This document shows positions 49,086 through 58,579 of a stretch of 64,000 nucleotides of DNA, piece after piece. A program made the translations under genes and the position numbers. The stretch's first letter is position 1. Each line of letters starts with the position of its first letter. The stretch covers positions 857-64,856 of the forward strand of contig JADCGG010000040.1 in assembly GCA_020249125.1 (NCBI GenBank). The letters are read 5' to 3'. The stretch comes from Roseomonas sp. GTDB taxonomy: Bacteria > Pseudomonadota > Alphaproteobacteria > Acetobacterales > Acetobacteraceae. Below the pieces are notes generated by a model that saw only the letters and a program-made list of their open reading frames with translations, was not told the origin of the DNA and made no database searches.

Positions 49086-50750
49086 ATGACCGCTGATCTT
49101 TTCCGCGTGTTGAAGCTTTGGCTGGGCCGGTCCGGCTGGCTGGTGGCGGGAATTATCGTAACCGTGCTTTCCGCACTCGCCGGCGTTGCCTTGCTCGCCT
49201 TCGCCGGCAAGCTTGTGGCTTCATCGGTCGGCGGCGCGGGAAGCGCAGCGTTGGCGGCGGCTGGCGTGTTGGCCTTGCTCTGGCTGCGCCCGCTGATCCT
49301 GCTGCGCCCGATCATGCGCTATCTGGAACGGCTGGCGACGCATGAAGCGACCTTCCGAGCGCTCGCGGATATGCGCGTGTGGTTCTTCGCCCGGCTTGCT
49401 GCGCGCCTGCCATCCGGGCTTGGCTTGCGGCGTGCGGGAGATTTGCTCGGGCGGCTGGTTGCGGATGTTGAAGCGCTGGATGGGCTTTATTTGCGCGCCC
49501 TGGTGCCGGCGGCGGCTTCCATTGCCGTGGTGCTGGCGATTGCACTCATCCTGGGCGCGGCAGAGCCCTGGCTCGCGGCGCTGGTCGCCCTGCCACTGAC
49601 CGCCGCCCTGGTGCTGCCGCTATTGCTCGCCCCGGATGCGGCCCGTGCCGCCGAGGCCACCTCTCGCGCCCAAGGCAGCCTGCGCGCCGCAACGATTGAC
49701 CCGCTGACCGGGCTTGAGGACACGCTGGCGGCCAATGGCGAGAAACGCGCGCTGGCGCGGGTGGCGCAGGAAAACGCGGCTTTGGCGATGGCACAACGCG
49801 CCTTGGCACGCCGCGCTGCCTGGGGCGGGGCGGCGGGCGCCTTGCTCACGCAGGTGGCGCTGCTCGCCGCACTTGGCTGGACCATGATGGCGGGGCAGCC
49901 CGGCATGGCGGCGGGGGTGCTGGCGGTATTCCTGGCCATCGCGGCGGCTGAGGCTCTTGGGCTGATGCCGCGCGCCGGGGCTGCTGTGGCAGCAGCGGCG
50001 GCGGGGGCAAGGCGCCTGTTTGAAGCGGCTGACGCGACGGAACCCGTACCAGATCCGGCTTCGCCCAGCGCCGTCCCTACGGGCCACGCGCTTTCCTTGC
50101 GCGGCGTGGTGTTTTCCTGGGCGCCGGATCGGCCCCTTGTGTTTGATGGGCTTGATCTTGATATCCCGGAAGGGGCGCGCATTGCGCTGCTGGGGCCATC
50201 TGGCACCGGCAAATCAACCTTGGCGGCGTTGTTGCTGAAATTCGCCGCGCCGCAGCAGGGCAGCATCAAGCTTGGCGGTGTGGATATCGCCACCCTGCCC
50301 GCTGCGGTGCTGCGGGATCGCATTGCCTGGCTCACGCAGGATGCGCGGTTGTTTGATGACAGCATCGCCGCCAATCTGCGCCTTGCCGCGCCTGAAGCCG
50401 ATGATGCCGCCCTGTGGCGCGCCTTGGACCGCGCGCGGATCGGCGATGTGGTGCGCGCTTTGCCGGAAGGGCTTGAGACGCAATGCGGCGAAGCGGGCGC
50501 CCGGTTTTCCGGTGGCCAGGCGCGGCGGATTGCGCTGGCACGCGCGCTGCTTTCCCCCGCGCCGGTGCTGATTTTGGATGAACCGGCTGCCGGGCTGGAT
50601 GCCGCAACGGAACGCGCCTTCATGGAAACGCTGGATGAAGCCACAGCCGGGCGCAGCGTGATCCTGATATTGCACCGCCTGACCGGCGTGGAACGGCCAA
50701 GCCGGATTCTGCGCCTGGTGGGCGGCAAGGCTATTGCGGCGACGGGGTGA
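49086..50750 (+). CDS. cydC: Thiol reductant ABC exporter subunit CydC
   Basis: RYLERLATHEATFRALADMRVWFF, GDLLGRLVADVEALD, GPSGTGKS, FSGGQARR. Confidence 0.93.
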   Translation: MTADLFRVLKLWLGRSGWLVAGIIVTVLSALAGVALLAFAGKLVASSVGGAGSAALAAAGVLALLWLRPLILLRPIMRYLERLATHEATFRALADMRVWFFARLAARLPSGLGLRRAGDLLGRLVADVEALDGLYLRALVPAAASIAVVLAIALILGAAEPWLAALVALPLTAALVLPLLLAPDAARAAEATSRAQGSLRAATIDPLTGLEDTLAANGEKRALARVAQENAALAMAQRALARRAAWGGAAGALLTQVALLAALGWTMMAGQPGMAAGVLAVFLAIAAAEALGLMPRAGAAVAAAAAGARRLFEAADATEPVPDPASPSAVPTGHALSLRGVVFSWAPDRPLVFDGLDLDIPEGARIALLGPSGTGKSTLAALLLKFAAPQQGSIKLGGVDIATLPAAVLRDRIAWLTQDARLFDDSIAANLRLAAPEADDAALWRALDRARIGDVVRALPEGLETQCGEAGARFSGGQARRIALARALLSPAPVLILDEPAAGLDAATERAFMETLDEATAGRSVILILHRLTGVERPSRILRLVGGKAIAATG

Positions 50751-50763
50751 AGCAGACCAACCA

Positions 50764-51324
50764 CTATTTCTTCAGCCCCGCCAAACGCGAGATGCAGCTA
50801 GTAAAGCCCGTCAGGTCGCGCCAGCGCGCCGCGTCTTCCACCGGGTTCACCACCAATAAGCCGCCCGCCGCGGCAATACCGCCATCCAGCATGAGGTTAT
50901 CGGTCAGGCCGAAATCCTCCACCTCCATGCCATCAGCATCTTCCCAAGCGCCATTGCCGCGCCGATGCACCGCGCCGCGCAAATGCTGCAAGCTGCGCAT
51001 GGTGAAATTGCCCGGCGCATTGCTGTAACCCAGCACCGGGCGACCCAGCGCGCGCATGAAGCCAAGCTCATAAGCCGTACCGGGATCGGCCGAGGCGCCG
51101 CGAAAGGGTGTCAGATTCGCAACCAGCGCATCACAGCTTTGGAGATGCGCCTCATTGCCAAGATAGATCCGCATCCAATCGGTATCGGCTTTCGGTGCAC
51201 TTGGCGCCGGGTCGGTCGGGAAAACGCCAATCATCCCGTGCTGGGCGCAAATGGCCTTCTTTTCCGCCGCGATGGCGTCTCGGTCAGCCAGAAACACCTC
51301 CGGTCCCGCCAAATATACCCGCAT
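50764..51324 (-). CDS. Nucleoside 2-deoxyribosyltransferase-family protein
   Basis: MRVYLAGPEVF, ANLTPFRGASADPGTAYELGFMRALGRPV, DNLML; start ATG 51324. Confidence 0.92.
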   Translation of the reverse strand: MRVYLAGPEVFLADRDAIAAEKKAICAQHGMIGVFPTDPAPSAPKADTDWMRIYLGNEAHLQSCDALVANLTPFRGASADPGTAYELGFMRALGRPVLGYSNAPGNFTMRSLQHLRGAVHRRGNGAWEDADGMEVEDFGLTDNLMLDGGIAAAGGLLVVNPVEDAARWRDLTGFTSCISRLAGLKK

Positions 51325-51369
51325 CGCCCCGCCTTGCCTGTCATGGCTTTCCCATGCGCAGATAGGCGC

Positions 51370-52203
51370 ATGGATGCTGAACGGGAATATAATAATCGGG
51401 CCCGCGTGCCTGAAAGCGCCGAAATCATCGCCACCTGGGCGCGCGATGCCGCTGCCTTCCGTGCAAGCGGCGTGCGGGCGGAACTCAACCTGCCCTATGG
51501 CGTCGGCGAGAGAGAAAAGCTCGACCTTTTCCTGCCGCCGCATGCCGAAGGGGCGCCAACCGCGCTCTTCATCCATGGCGGCTATTGGCAGGCCTTGGAT
51601 CGGAGTTTTGCCAGCCATTGCGCGCGCGGCCTGCTGGGGCAGGGGGTGGCGGTGGCGGTACCTTCCTATGATCTCTGCCCCGCCGTGACGCTGAGCGAGA
51701 TCGCCGCGCAAATGCGCCGCGCCGCTGCCTTTTTGCAAAGGCGCCGAGGCGGGCGGTTGCTGGCGGCAGGCCATTCCGCCGGCGGACAGCTTGCCGCCCT
51801 GTTGCTGGCAACTGATTGGCCTGCCTGGGAACCTGGCCTGCCGGCGGGGATCGTGGGGGCGGCGCTACCGGTCTCGGGCGTCTTCGAATTGGGTCCGTTG
51901 AAGGGCACCAGCATCGCCAAGGCCCTGAACCTGACGGGGCAAGACATTGCCACCCTATCACCGCGCTTGCTGCCCCCGCCGGCGTTTGAGGCGCTGCACA
52001 TCGTGGTCGGCGGGGCGGAAAGCGATGAATTCATCCGCCAGAGCCGCGATTTCGCCAATCACTGGGGCGGCAGTTTCGAAGCCCTGCCCGGCGCCAACCA
52101 CTTCACCGTGCTGGACCCCTTCACGGACCCCACCCATCCCTTGATGATTCATGCCGGCAAAATGGCGGAGCGCCTTGCCTTGCGCCCGGGCTTCGCGCAG
52201 TAA
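51370..52203 (+). CDS. Alpha/beta hydrolase, arylformamidase (kynurenine formamidase)-like
   Basis: EYNNRARVP, LDLFLP, FIHGGYWQ oxyanion motif, AGHSAGG nucleophile elbow, ANHF; start ATG 51370. Confidence 0.85.
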   Translation: MDAEREYNNRARVPESAEIIATWARDAAAFRASGVRAELNLPYGVGEREKLDLFLPPHAEGAPTALFIHGGYWQALDRSFASHCARGLLGQGVAVAVPSYDLCPAVTLSEIAAQMRRAAAFLQRRRGGRLLAAGHSAGGQLAALLLATDWPAWEPGLPAGIVGAALPVSGVFELGPLKGTSIAKALNLTGQDIATLSPRLLPPPAFEALHIVVGGAESDEFIRQSRDFANHWGGSFEALPGANHFTVLDPFTDPTHPLMIHAGKMAERLALRPGFAQ

Positions 52204-52238
52204 GACGTCCGAGGCATTTCAACCGGGGAGGCTTAAAA

Positions 52239-53420
52239 ATGAGCTCTGTTTCACGTCGTACCGCCTTGGGCGGCGCCTTGGGGCTGCTGGCAGCGCCCGC
52301 CATTCTGCATGCGCAACCCGCAGGCGGGGTGAAGATTGGCCTGGTGGCCGTGCAAACCGGCCCGCAAGCGGCGCTCGGCAGCCAACTCCGCGACGGTTTC
52401 CTGATGGGGCTGCGGCATCTGAATGGCCGGCTTGGTGGCCTGACTGCCGAAACCGTCATGATTGATGATGAATTGAAGCCCGATGTGGCGGTAACCAAGG
52501 TGCGCACCGCGCTTGAACGCGACCGCTGTGATTTCATTGTGGGCGTTGTTTTCTCCAACATTCTGCAAGCCATTGTTCGCCCGGTGACGGAAGCCAATAC
52601 CTTCCTGATCAGCACCAATGCCGGGCCTTCCACCCTTGCAGGGCGCGGGTGCAATCCCTTCTTCTTCGCGACATCCTACAATAATGATCAGGTGCATGCC
52701 GTGATCGGCCAGGTCTGCGAAGACCAGGGCTATAAGCGCGTTTTCGTGCTGGTGCCGAATTATCAGGCCGGGCGCGATGCGGTGGCCGGCTTCAAATCCC
52801 GCTTCAAGGGCGAAGTGGTGGATGAGGTTTATGTACCGCTCACGCAGCTTGATTTCGCGGCAGAGCTCGCGAAGATCGCCGCCGCCAGGCCGGATGCGAT
52901 TTTCACCTTCATGCCGGGCGGGCTTGGTGTGAATCTGGTGCGCCAATACCGCCAGGCGGGGCTGGCGCATATTCCCTTCCTATCCACCTTCACGGTGGAT
53001 GAGGCGGTGCTGCCAGCGCAGGGGGATGCGGCGGTTGGTTTCTTTTCGGGATCGAATTGGGCGCCAAATATGGACAATGCGGCCAATCGCCGTTTCGTTT
53101 CGGATTTCGAAGCCGCCTTCAATTACGTGCCGGCGAGTTACGCGGCGCAGGCCTATGATGGCGCCATGCTGCTCGATTCCGCCATTCGTCGCGCGGGCGG
53201 CCGCTTGGCCGATAAGGATGCGCTGCGTGCCGGCTTGCGCGCGGCGGATTTCACCTCAGTGCGCGGGAATTTCAAGATTGGCGCGAACCACTTCCCCGTG
53301 CAGGATTTCTGGCTGACGCGCGTGGCCAAGCGCGCTGACGGCAAGTTCCAGACCGAAATCGTGCGCAAGGTGCTGGAGAACAACGTTGACCCCTGGGCCG
53401 CCGAATGCCGCATGCGCTAA
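52239..53420 (+). CDS. ABC substrate-binding protein, aromatic-acid-binding subfamily of the Liv type
   Basis: SRRTALGG Tat-like leader, DDELKPDVAV, VVFSNILQA, PNYQAGRD, FTFMPGGLGVNL, QDFW. Confidence 0.9.
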   Translation: MSSVSRRTALGGALGLLAAPAILHAQPAGGVKIGLVAVQTGPQAALGSQLRDGFLMGLRHLNGRLGGLTAETVMIDDELKPDVAVTKVRTALERDRCDFIVGVVFSNILQAIVRPVTEANTFLISTNAGPSTLAGRGCNPFFFATSYNNDQVHAVIGQVCEDQGYKRVFVLVPNYQAGRDAVAGFKSRFKGEVVDEVYVPLTQLDFAAELAKIAAARPDAIFTFMPGGLGVNLVRQYRQAGLAHIPFLSTFTVDEAVLPAQGDAAVGFFSGSNWAPNMDNAANRRFVSDFEAAFNYVPASYAAQAYDGAMLLDSAIRRAGGRLADKDALRAGLRAADFTSVRGNFKIGANHFPVQDFWLTRVAKRADGKFQTEIVRKVLENNVDPWAAECRMR

Positions 53421-53427
53421 ACTAGAG

Positions 53428-54351
53428 GTGAGTACAGGTCTTTTCCTGGTGCAGGCCTTGAACGGCCTGCAACTTGGCATTCTGCTTTTCCTGGTGGCGG
53501 CGGGGCTCACGCTGGTTTTTGGCGTGATGGATTTCATCAACCTGGCCCATGGGGTGCAGTATATGCTGGGGGCTTACCTGGGCGCCGTGCTGGCCGCGGC
53601 GACAGGGTCCTTCTGGCTTGGGCTTTTGCTGGCATTACCGGCGGCGCTGATCTTTGGCCTGCTGCTGGAAGTGTTGGTGTTCCGCCATCTCTATGATCGC
53701 GATCATTTGTCGCAAGTGCTGGCGACCTTTGGCGTGATCCTGTTTCTCAATCAGGCGGTGAAGGCCATTTGGGGTGCGGCGCCGCTGCAAGTGCCCATCC
53801 CCGCACTGCTTGAAGGCGGCGTGATGCTGATGCCGGGGCTGCAATATCCGCTTTATCGCATCGCCGTGCTTGGCGCTGGCATCGCCACCGCACTTGGCTT
53901 GTGGTTTTTGGTGGAGCGCACGCGCATCGGCATGTTGGTGCGCGCGGGGGCGAGCAACGCGCCCATGGTTTCCGCGCTTGGCGTGGATATCCGCCGGCTG
54001 TTCATGCTGGTTTTTGCCTTTGGTGCCATGCTGGCGGGATTTGCTGGCGTGCTGGCGGGGCCGATATTCTCGGTTGAGCCAGGCATGGGTGATCATGTGC
54101 TGATCCTGGCCTTTGTGGTGATTGTGATTGGCGGCATCGGGTCCATTCGCGGCGCCTTCATTGCGGCACTCATCGTGGGGCTGACGGATACGCTCGGCAA
54201 ATCCCTCATGCCTGATCTGATGCGGCTTTTCCTTGACCCATCTGCCGCGCGACAAACCGGTGCGGCGCTGGCTTCCATGCTGGTCTATATCGCCATGGCG
54301 GCGATCCTGGCATTCCGCCCGCGCGGGCTTTTCCCGGCCAGGAGTGGTTAG
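53428..54351 (+). CDS. LivH-type ABC permease
   Basis: GLTLVFGVMDFINLAHG, FVVIVIGGIGSIRGA; GTG start 53428. Confidence 0.92.
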   Translation: MSTGLFLVQALNGLQLGILLFLVAAGLTLVFGVMDFINLAHGVQYMLGAYLGAVLAAATGSFWLGLLLALPAALIFGLLLEVLVFRHLYDRDHLSQVLATFGVILFLNQAVKAIWGAAPLQVPIPALLEGGVMLMPGLQYPLYRIAVLGAGIATALGLWFLVERTRIGMLVRAGASNAPMVSALGVDIRRLFMLVFAFGAMLAGFAGVLAGPIFSVEPGMGDHVLILAFVVIVIGGIGSIRGAFIAALIVGLTDTLGKSLMPDLMRLFLDPSAARQTGAALASMLVYIAMAAILAFRPRGLFPARSG

Positions 54352-54352
54352 C

Positions 54353-55288
54353 ATGCCGCGCCTGCGGCTTGATGTGGCGCTGACGCTGCTGGTGCTGGCT
54401 GTACTGGCGCTGGCGCCCTTCATCGGGCTTGGCGCCAATCATTACCTGACCATGTTCGCGCGCATGATGATCCTGGCCGCGGCCGCGGTTTCGCTTTCCT
54501 TCCTGGTGGGGGGCGCGGGTCTTGCCAGCCTTGGCCATGCGGCGGCGATGGGCGTTGGCGCTTATGCCGTTGCCATTCTGGATGCGCATCGGCTGACCGA
54601 TATCACCATTGTGCTGCCCGTAGCCATCGCCGCTGCCGCGTTGTTTTCCCTGCTGACGGGCGCGATTGCCATTCGCACCGAAGGCGTGAATTTCATCATG
54701 ATCACGCTTGCCTTCGGGCAGATGGCGTTTTTCACGGCGTCATCACTCGCGGCCTATGGCGGGGATGATGGCTATACGCTGTATGACCGCACAGAGATCT
54801 TCGGTACGCGGTTGATGGAAAATCGCCTGTTCTTTCATTACCTGTGCTTGGGCTTTTTGGTGTTTTGCTGGGGCATTTGCGCCATGCTGCTGGCATCGCG
54901 CTTCGGGCGCGTGTTGCGCGCTGCGCGGGAAAATCCCTTGCGCGCGCAGGCGGTGGGTTTCGCGCCCTATCCCTATCGGCTTTTGGCCTATGTCATTGCC
55001 GGCACCTTGGCAGGTTTGGCGGGCGTGCTTTTTGCCAATGCCACCGAATTCGTCGCGCCCGCTTACATGAGCTGGCAGCGTTCCGGTGAGCTGATTTTCA
55101 TGGTGATCCTGGGTGGGCTTGGGCGGCTTTCCGGCGCCATCCTGGGTGCAGTGCTGTTCGTGCTGCTGGAAACCTGGCTGCCCAACCTGACCACGCATTG
55201 GAAAATGATCTTCGGTCCGCTGCTGATTGTGGCAGTGCTTTTCATGCGTGGCGGGCTGATCGGCTTTTTGGGGGCGCGCCGTGGCTGA
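54353..55288 (+). CDS. LivM-type ABC permease
   Basis: GLASLGHAA, EGVNFIMITLAFGQM, YGGDDG, SWQRSGELIFMVILGG; start ATG 54353. Confidence 0.92.
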   Translation: MPRLRLDVALTLLVLAVLALAPFIGLGANHYLTMFARMMILAAAAVSLSFLVGGAGLASLGHAAAMGVGAYAVAILDAHRLTDITIVLPVAIAAAALFSLLTGAIAIRTEGVNFIMITLAFGQMAFFTASSLAAYGGDDGYTLYDRTEIFGTRLMENRLFFHYLCLGFLVFCWGICAMLLASRFGRVLRAARENPLRAQAVGFAPYPYRLLAYVIAGTLAGLAGVLFANATEFVAPAYMSWQRSGELIFMVILGGLGRLSGAILGAVLFVLLETWLPNLTTHWKMIFGPLLIVAVLFMRGGLIGFLGARRG

Positions 55289-56039
55289 AGCGCTGCTCAG
55301 TATCCAGGGCTTGTGCAAGCATTATGGCGGGCTTGCGGTGACGAATGATGTCAGCCTGGAAGTGTTGCCTGGTGAAATCCATGCGCTGATCGGCCCCAAT
55401 GGAGCAGGCAAAACCACGCTGATCCATCAGGTCACCGGCACGGTCGCGCCCGATGCGGGGCGGGTTGTCTTTGCCGGGATGGATATCACCCGCTTTTCCT
55501 TCCCGCGCCGTGTACATGCAGGCCTCGCCCGCAGCTTTCAGATCACCAGCATCATCGCGGGATTTTCCGTGCTGGAAAATGTCGCCCTGGCGGCGCAGGC
55601 CAAAAGCGGGTCTTCCTTTCGTTTCTTTCACGCTGCCGCATCGGAAGAAGCCCTGAATAAGGCCGCGCGCGATGCCCTGACTGAGGTTGGCTTGGCGGAT
55701 CGCGCGGCGATTATGGCGGGTGCGCTCAGCCATGGCGAAAAGCGCGCCCTGGAGATAGCGATCGCACTCGCCATTCAGCCGCGCTTGCTGTTGCTTGATG
55801 AACCACTTGCTGGTGCGGGGCCGGAAGAAACCGAACGCCTGATCACCCTGCTGCGGCGGCTCAAGGCACGCTACGCCATTCTGCTGGTGGAACATGACAT
55901 GCAGGCGGTTTTTGCGCTGGCCGATCGGATTTCGGTGCTCGCTGAAGGGCGCATCATCGCCAGCGGCAGCACCGCAGAAATCCGCATGAGTGCGGAAGTG
56001 CGCGCGGCCTATCTCGGCGAAGAAGAACTGCCATGCTGA
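55281..56039 (+). CDS. LivG-type ABC ATP-binding protein
   Basis: GPNGAGKT, LSHGEKRALE, LLLDEP, VEHDM. Confidence 0.93.
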   Translation: MAEALLSIQGLCKHYGGLAVTNDVSLEVLPGEIHALIGPNGAGKTTLIHQVTGTVAPDAGRVVFAGMDITRFSFPRRVHAGLARSFQITSIIAGFSVLENVALAAQAKSGSSFRFFHAAASEEALNKAARDALTEVGLADRAAIMAGALSHGEKRALEIAIALAIQPRLLLLDEPLAGAGPEETERLITLLRRLKARYAILLVEHDMQAVFALADRISVLAEGRIIASGSTAEIRMSAEVRAAYLGEEELPC

Positions 56040-56734
56040 CGCTGGAAGGCGTGGTGGCGGGCTATGGCGAAAGCCAGGTGCTGAATGGCATTAGCTTTGG
56101 CGTGGGTGCGGGCCAGGTGGTCACGTTGCTGGGTCGCAACGGCATGGGCAAGACTACGACGGTGCGCGCCATCATGGGCTTGATCCGCCCCAATGCCGGG
56201 CATATCCGCTTTAATGGAGAGACGATTACCGGTGCCGCGCCCTATCGCATCGCGCAACGTGGTATTGGGCTGGTGCCGGAAGGGCGGCAGATTTTCCCGA
56301 CCTTGAGCGTTGAGGAAAACCTGATCGCCACCGCCGCCAATCGCTCGGGCGGTGCGCCGCGATGGGATTTGCCCGCGATTTATGCGCTGTTCCCGCGCCT
56401 TGCCGAACGGCGCCGTCAATCCGGCGCCAAACTTTCGGGCGGAGAGCAGCAAATGCTCGCCATCGGGCGCGCGCTGATGACCAATCCACGCTTGCTGGTG
56501 CTGGATGAGGCGACAGAAGGCCTCGCGCCGCTGATCCGCGCGGAAATCTGGCAGGTGCTGGCAAAACTCCGCGCCGAAGGCCAAGCGATCCTGTTGATTG
56601 ATAAGAACCTGGCCACCGTGATGCGCCTTGCCGATTGGCATGTGGTGATCGAAAAGGGCCGAGTGGTCTGGCAGGGTGATAGCGCGGCACTGGCGGCAGC
56701 GCCGGAAGTCCGCGACACTTATTTGCATGTCTGA
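56033..56734 (+). CDS. LivF-type ABC ATP-binding protein
   Basis: GRNGMGKT, LSGGEQQMLAIGR, LDEATEGLAP. Confidence 0.93.
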   Translation: MLTLEGVVAGYGESQVLNGISFGVGAGQVVTLLGRNGMGKTTTVRAIMGLIRPNAGHIRFNGETITGAAPYRIAQRGIGLVPEGRQIFPTLSVEENLIATAANRSGGAPRWDLPAIYALFPRLAERRRQSGAKLSGGEQQMLAIGRALMTNPRLLVLDEATEGLAPLIRAEIWQVLAKLRAEGQAILLIDKNLATVMRLADWHVVIEKGRVVWQGDSAALAAAPEVRDTYLHV

Positions 56735-56753
56735 AACAGAAAGGGCGCTTTGA

Positions 56754-57533
56754 TCACCCTTTCTTGCGTGCCTGCTGTTCTTCCAGAAAGCCACGCATCA
56801 TGCGCTTGGGTTCATCACTGTTCCAGGAAGCGGCGAAGGCGGTGATCCCGGCGGCAATCGCCTCATTGATCGGGCGATCTTCCCATTGCCGGATCAGCGC
56901 TTTCTGCGCGCGAATGGCCTCAGGCCCCGCCGCCAGCAGATTGCCGATCCAGGCTTCAATGCGCGCATCAATGCGTTCGCGATGTGCCACTTCTTCCAAA
57001 AGCCCCCAGGAAAGCGCTTCAGCGGCAGAAATGGTTTCGGCCAGCAACAGCAAGCGCCGTGTGCGGCCCCAGCCGATCAAGCCAGGCAGTAACGCGGCTT
57101 CCACCACGGAAGGAATGCCAACGCGCACTTCAGGCATGCCGAATTTTGCCTCACGCACGGCGATGCGCATATCACACGCCGCGGCGACTTCCAGCCCGGC
57201 GCCAAGGCACCAGCCATTGATGCGCGCAATCACCGGTACGGGTAAATCGCGAATGGCAGCGCAAATGCCATGGATGCGGCGGATGAAGGCTTCCGCTTCC
57301 GCCGGTGTATCAAGTGCCGCCATGGCGCCGATGTCAGCACCACCGATAAAGGCGCGCTCGCCTTCCCCGGTCAGGACTGCCGCGCGCAGACCGGAGTGTT
57401 TCGCAAGATCACGCAGCGCCGCAATCGCCGCATCCAAAAGCACGGGATTCAGCGTATTCAGCTTGGCATCATGCACAACGGTAAGCCGCGCCACGCCACG
57501 CGCATCAATGCTGATATCGAAACGCCCGCTCAT
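56754..57533 (-). CDS. Enoyl-CoA hydratase/crotonase-family protein
   Basis: FIGGADI, PVIARINGWCLGAGLEVAAACD, FGMPEVRVGIP. Confidence 0.92.
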   Translation of the reverse strand: MSGRFDISIDARGVARLTVVHDAKLNTLNPVLLDAAIAALRDLAKHSGLRAAVLTGEGERAFIGGADIGAMAALDTPAEAEAFIRRIHGICAAIRDLPVPVIARINGWCLGAGLEVAAACDMRIAVREAKFGMPEVRVGIPSVVEAALLPGLIGWGRTRRLLLLAETISAAEALSWGLLEEVAHRERIDARIEAWIGNLLAAGPEAIRAQKALIRQWEDRPINEAIAAGITAFAASWNSDEPKRMMRGFLEEQQARKKG

Positions 57534-58552
57534 GCACTTTGGGCTGGCAAGGTCACGGCAATGCGCCCGACAGGCTTGCCGTTGCTATCCGCGATATCGC
57601 CTTCCACCGCATCCACCAACGCGGCCGTCGCGGCAGCATCCAGCAAGCCAAGCCGGCCGAGCAATGCCGCGAAAACCCCCATCTTGGCGCGCGATGCACC
57701 ATCGGCGAGTTTCACCGCAATGCCCAAGCCCTGTTCGGGCACAAACCCCACCACAAAACCTTCCGCGCCGCCCTTCAGCAGCACGCGGCCATTGGTGGCG
57801 CGAATGATTTTACTGGTCGCCTGATCGCGCCCGGAAAGATGATCCGGATATTTCGCAATGGCCGTCTGCAATCTTTCAATCGCCGCCCGCCGCGCGGGGC
57901 TTGCCACCTTGCGCGCCGCCCAGCGCGCCGCCGCAAGCGCCATGGCTTCCATGGAAAGCGCCAAGGCGGGCAAGCCGCAGCCATCCACCCCAGCCTGCAA
58001 GCCGCGCGCATCTCTGCCCAGCAATTCAGAAAGCACTTCCATATAAAGCTTCTGCGTTGGATGCGCGGGATCACCATAGCCGGCAACTGGCGCACCAAGC
58101 TTCTGCGCCACACTCAAAAAACCACAATGCTTGCCGGAACAATTATGGTAGATGCGCGACCGATCGCCACCCGAGCGATAAATCCTCGCCTGATCCGCCG
58201 CCGCGCGCGGCATATCCGGCCCGCACACCAAAGCAGATTCAGAAAGCCCCATGCGCGAAAGCCAGTCACGCACCAAAGCCACCTGAAAATCCTCGGCACT
58301 ATGCGAAGCGCAGGAAAGCGCGAGATGTTCCTCGCCGAGGCCCAGCGCATCCGCCGCACCGGTTTCCACCAGCGCGACCGCCTGATAGGGCTTCAAAGAC
58401 GAACGCGGGAAGGTGACGAAGGCAGGATCACCCAGCGCCATCACCTGCCGACCATCGCTATCCATCACCACAGCGATGCCGTGATGAATGCTTTCCACCG
58501 CCGGACCACGATGGATTTCCGCGAGAGGTACGAAAAGATTTTGCATTAGCAT
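57530..58552 (-). CDS. Rhizobium-type (class 3, AnsA/asparaginase II family) L-asparaginase
   Basis: HRGPAVESIH, PRSSLKP, CASHS, HNCSGKH, VDGCGLP, KGGAEG, VKLADG. Confidence 0.9.
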   Translation of the reverse strand: MLMQNLFVPLAEIHRGPAVESIHHGIAVVMDSDGRQVMALGDPAFVTFPRSSLKPYQAVALVETGAADALGLGEEHLALSCASHSAEDFQVALVRDWLSRMGLSESALVCGPDMPRAAADQARIYRSGGDRSRIYHNCSGKHCGFLSVAQKLGAPVAGYGDPAHPTQKLYMEVLSELLGRDARGLQAGVDGCGLPALALSMEAMALAAARWAARKVASPARRAAIERLQTAIAKYPDHLSGRDQATSKIIRATNGRVLLKGGAEGFVVGFVPEQGLGIAVKLADGASRAKMGVFAALLGRLGLLDAAATAALVDAVEGDIADSNGKPVGRIAVTLPAQSA

Positions 58553-58579
58553 CGCCTTGTCACAGCCGCAGGGGGCTTA

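Noticed and set aside
50965-52203. 412-aa extended hydrolase and 336-aa extended NDT (50764-51774)
   Set aside because: Each extension is antisense to the other gene; the motifs begin at ATG 51370 and ATG 51324.
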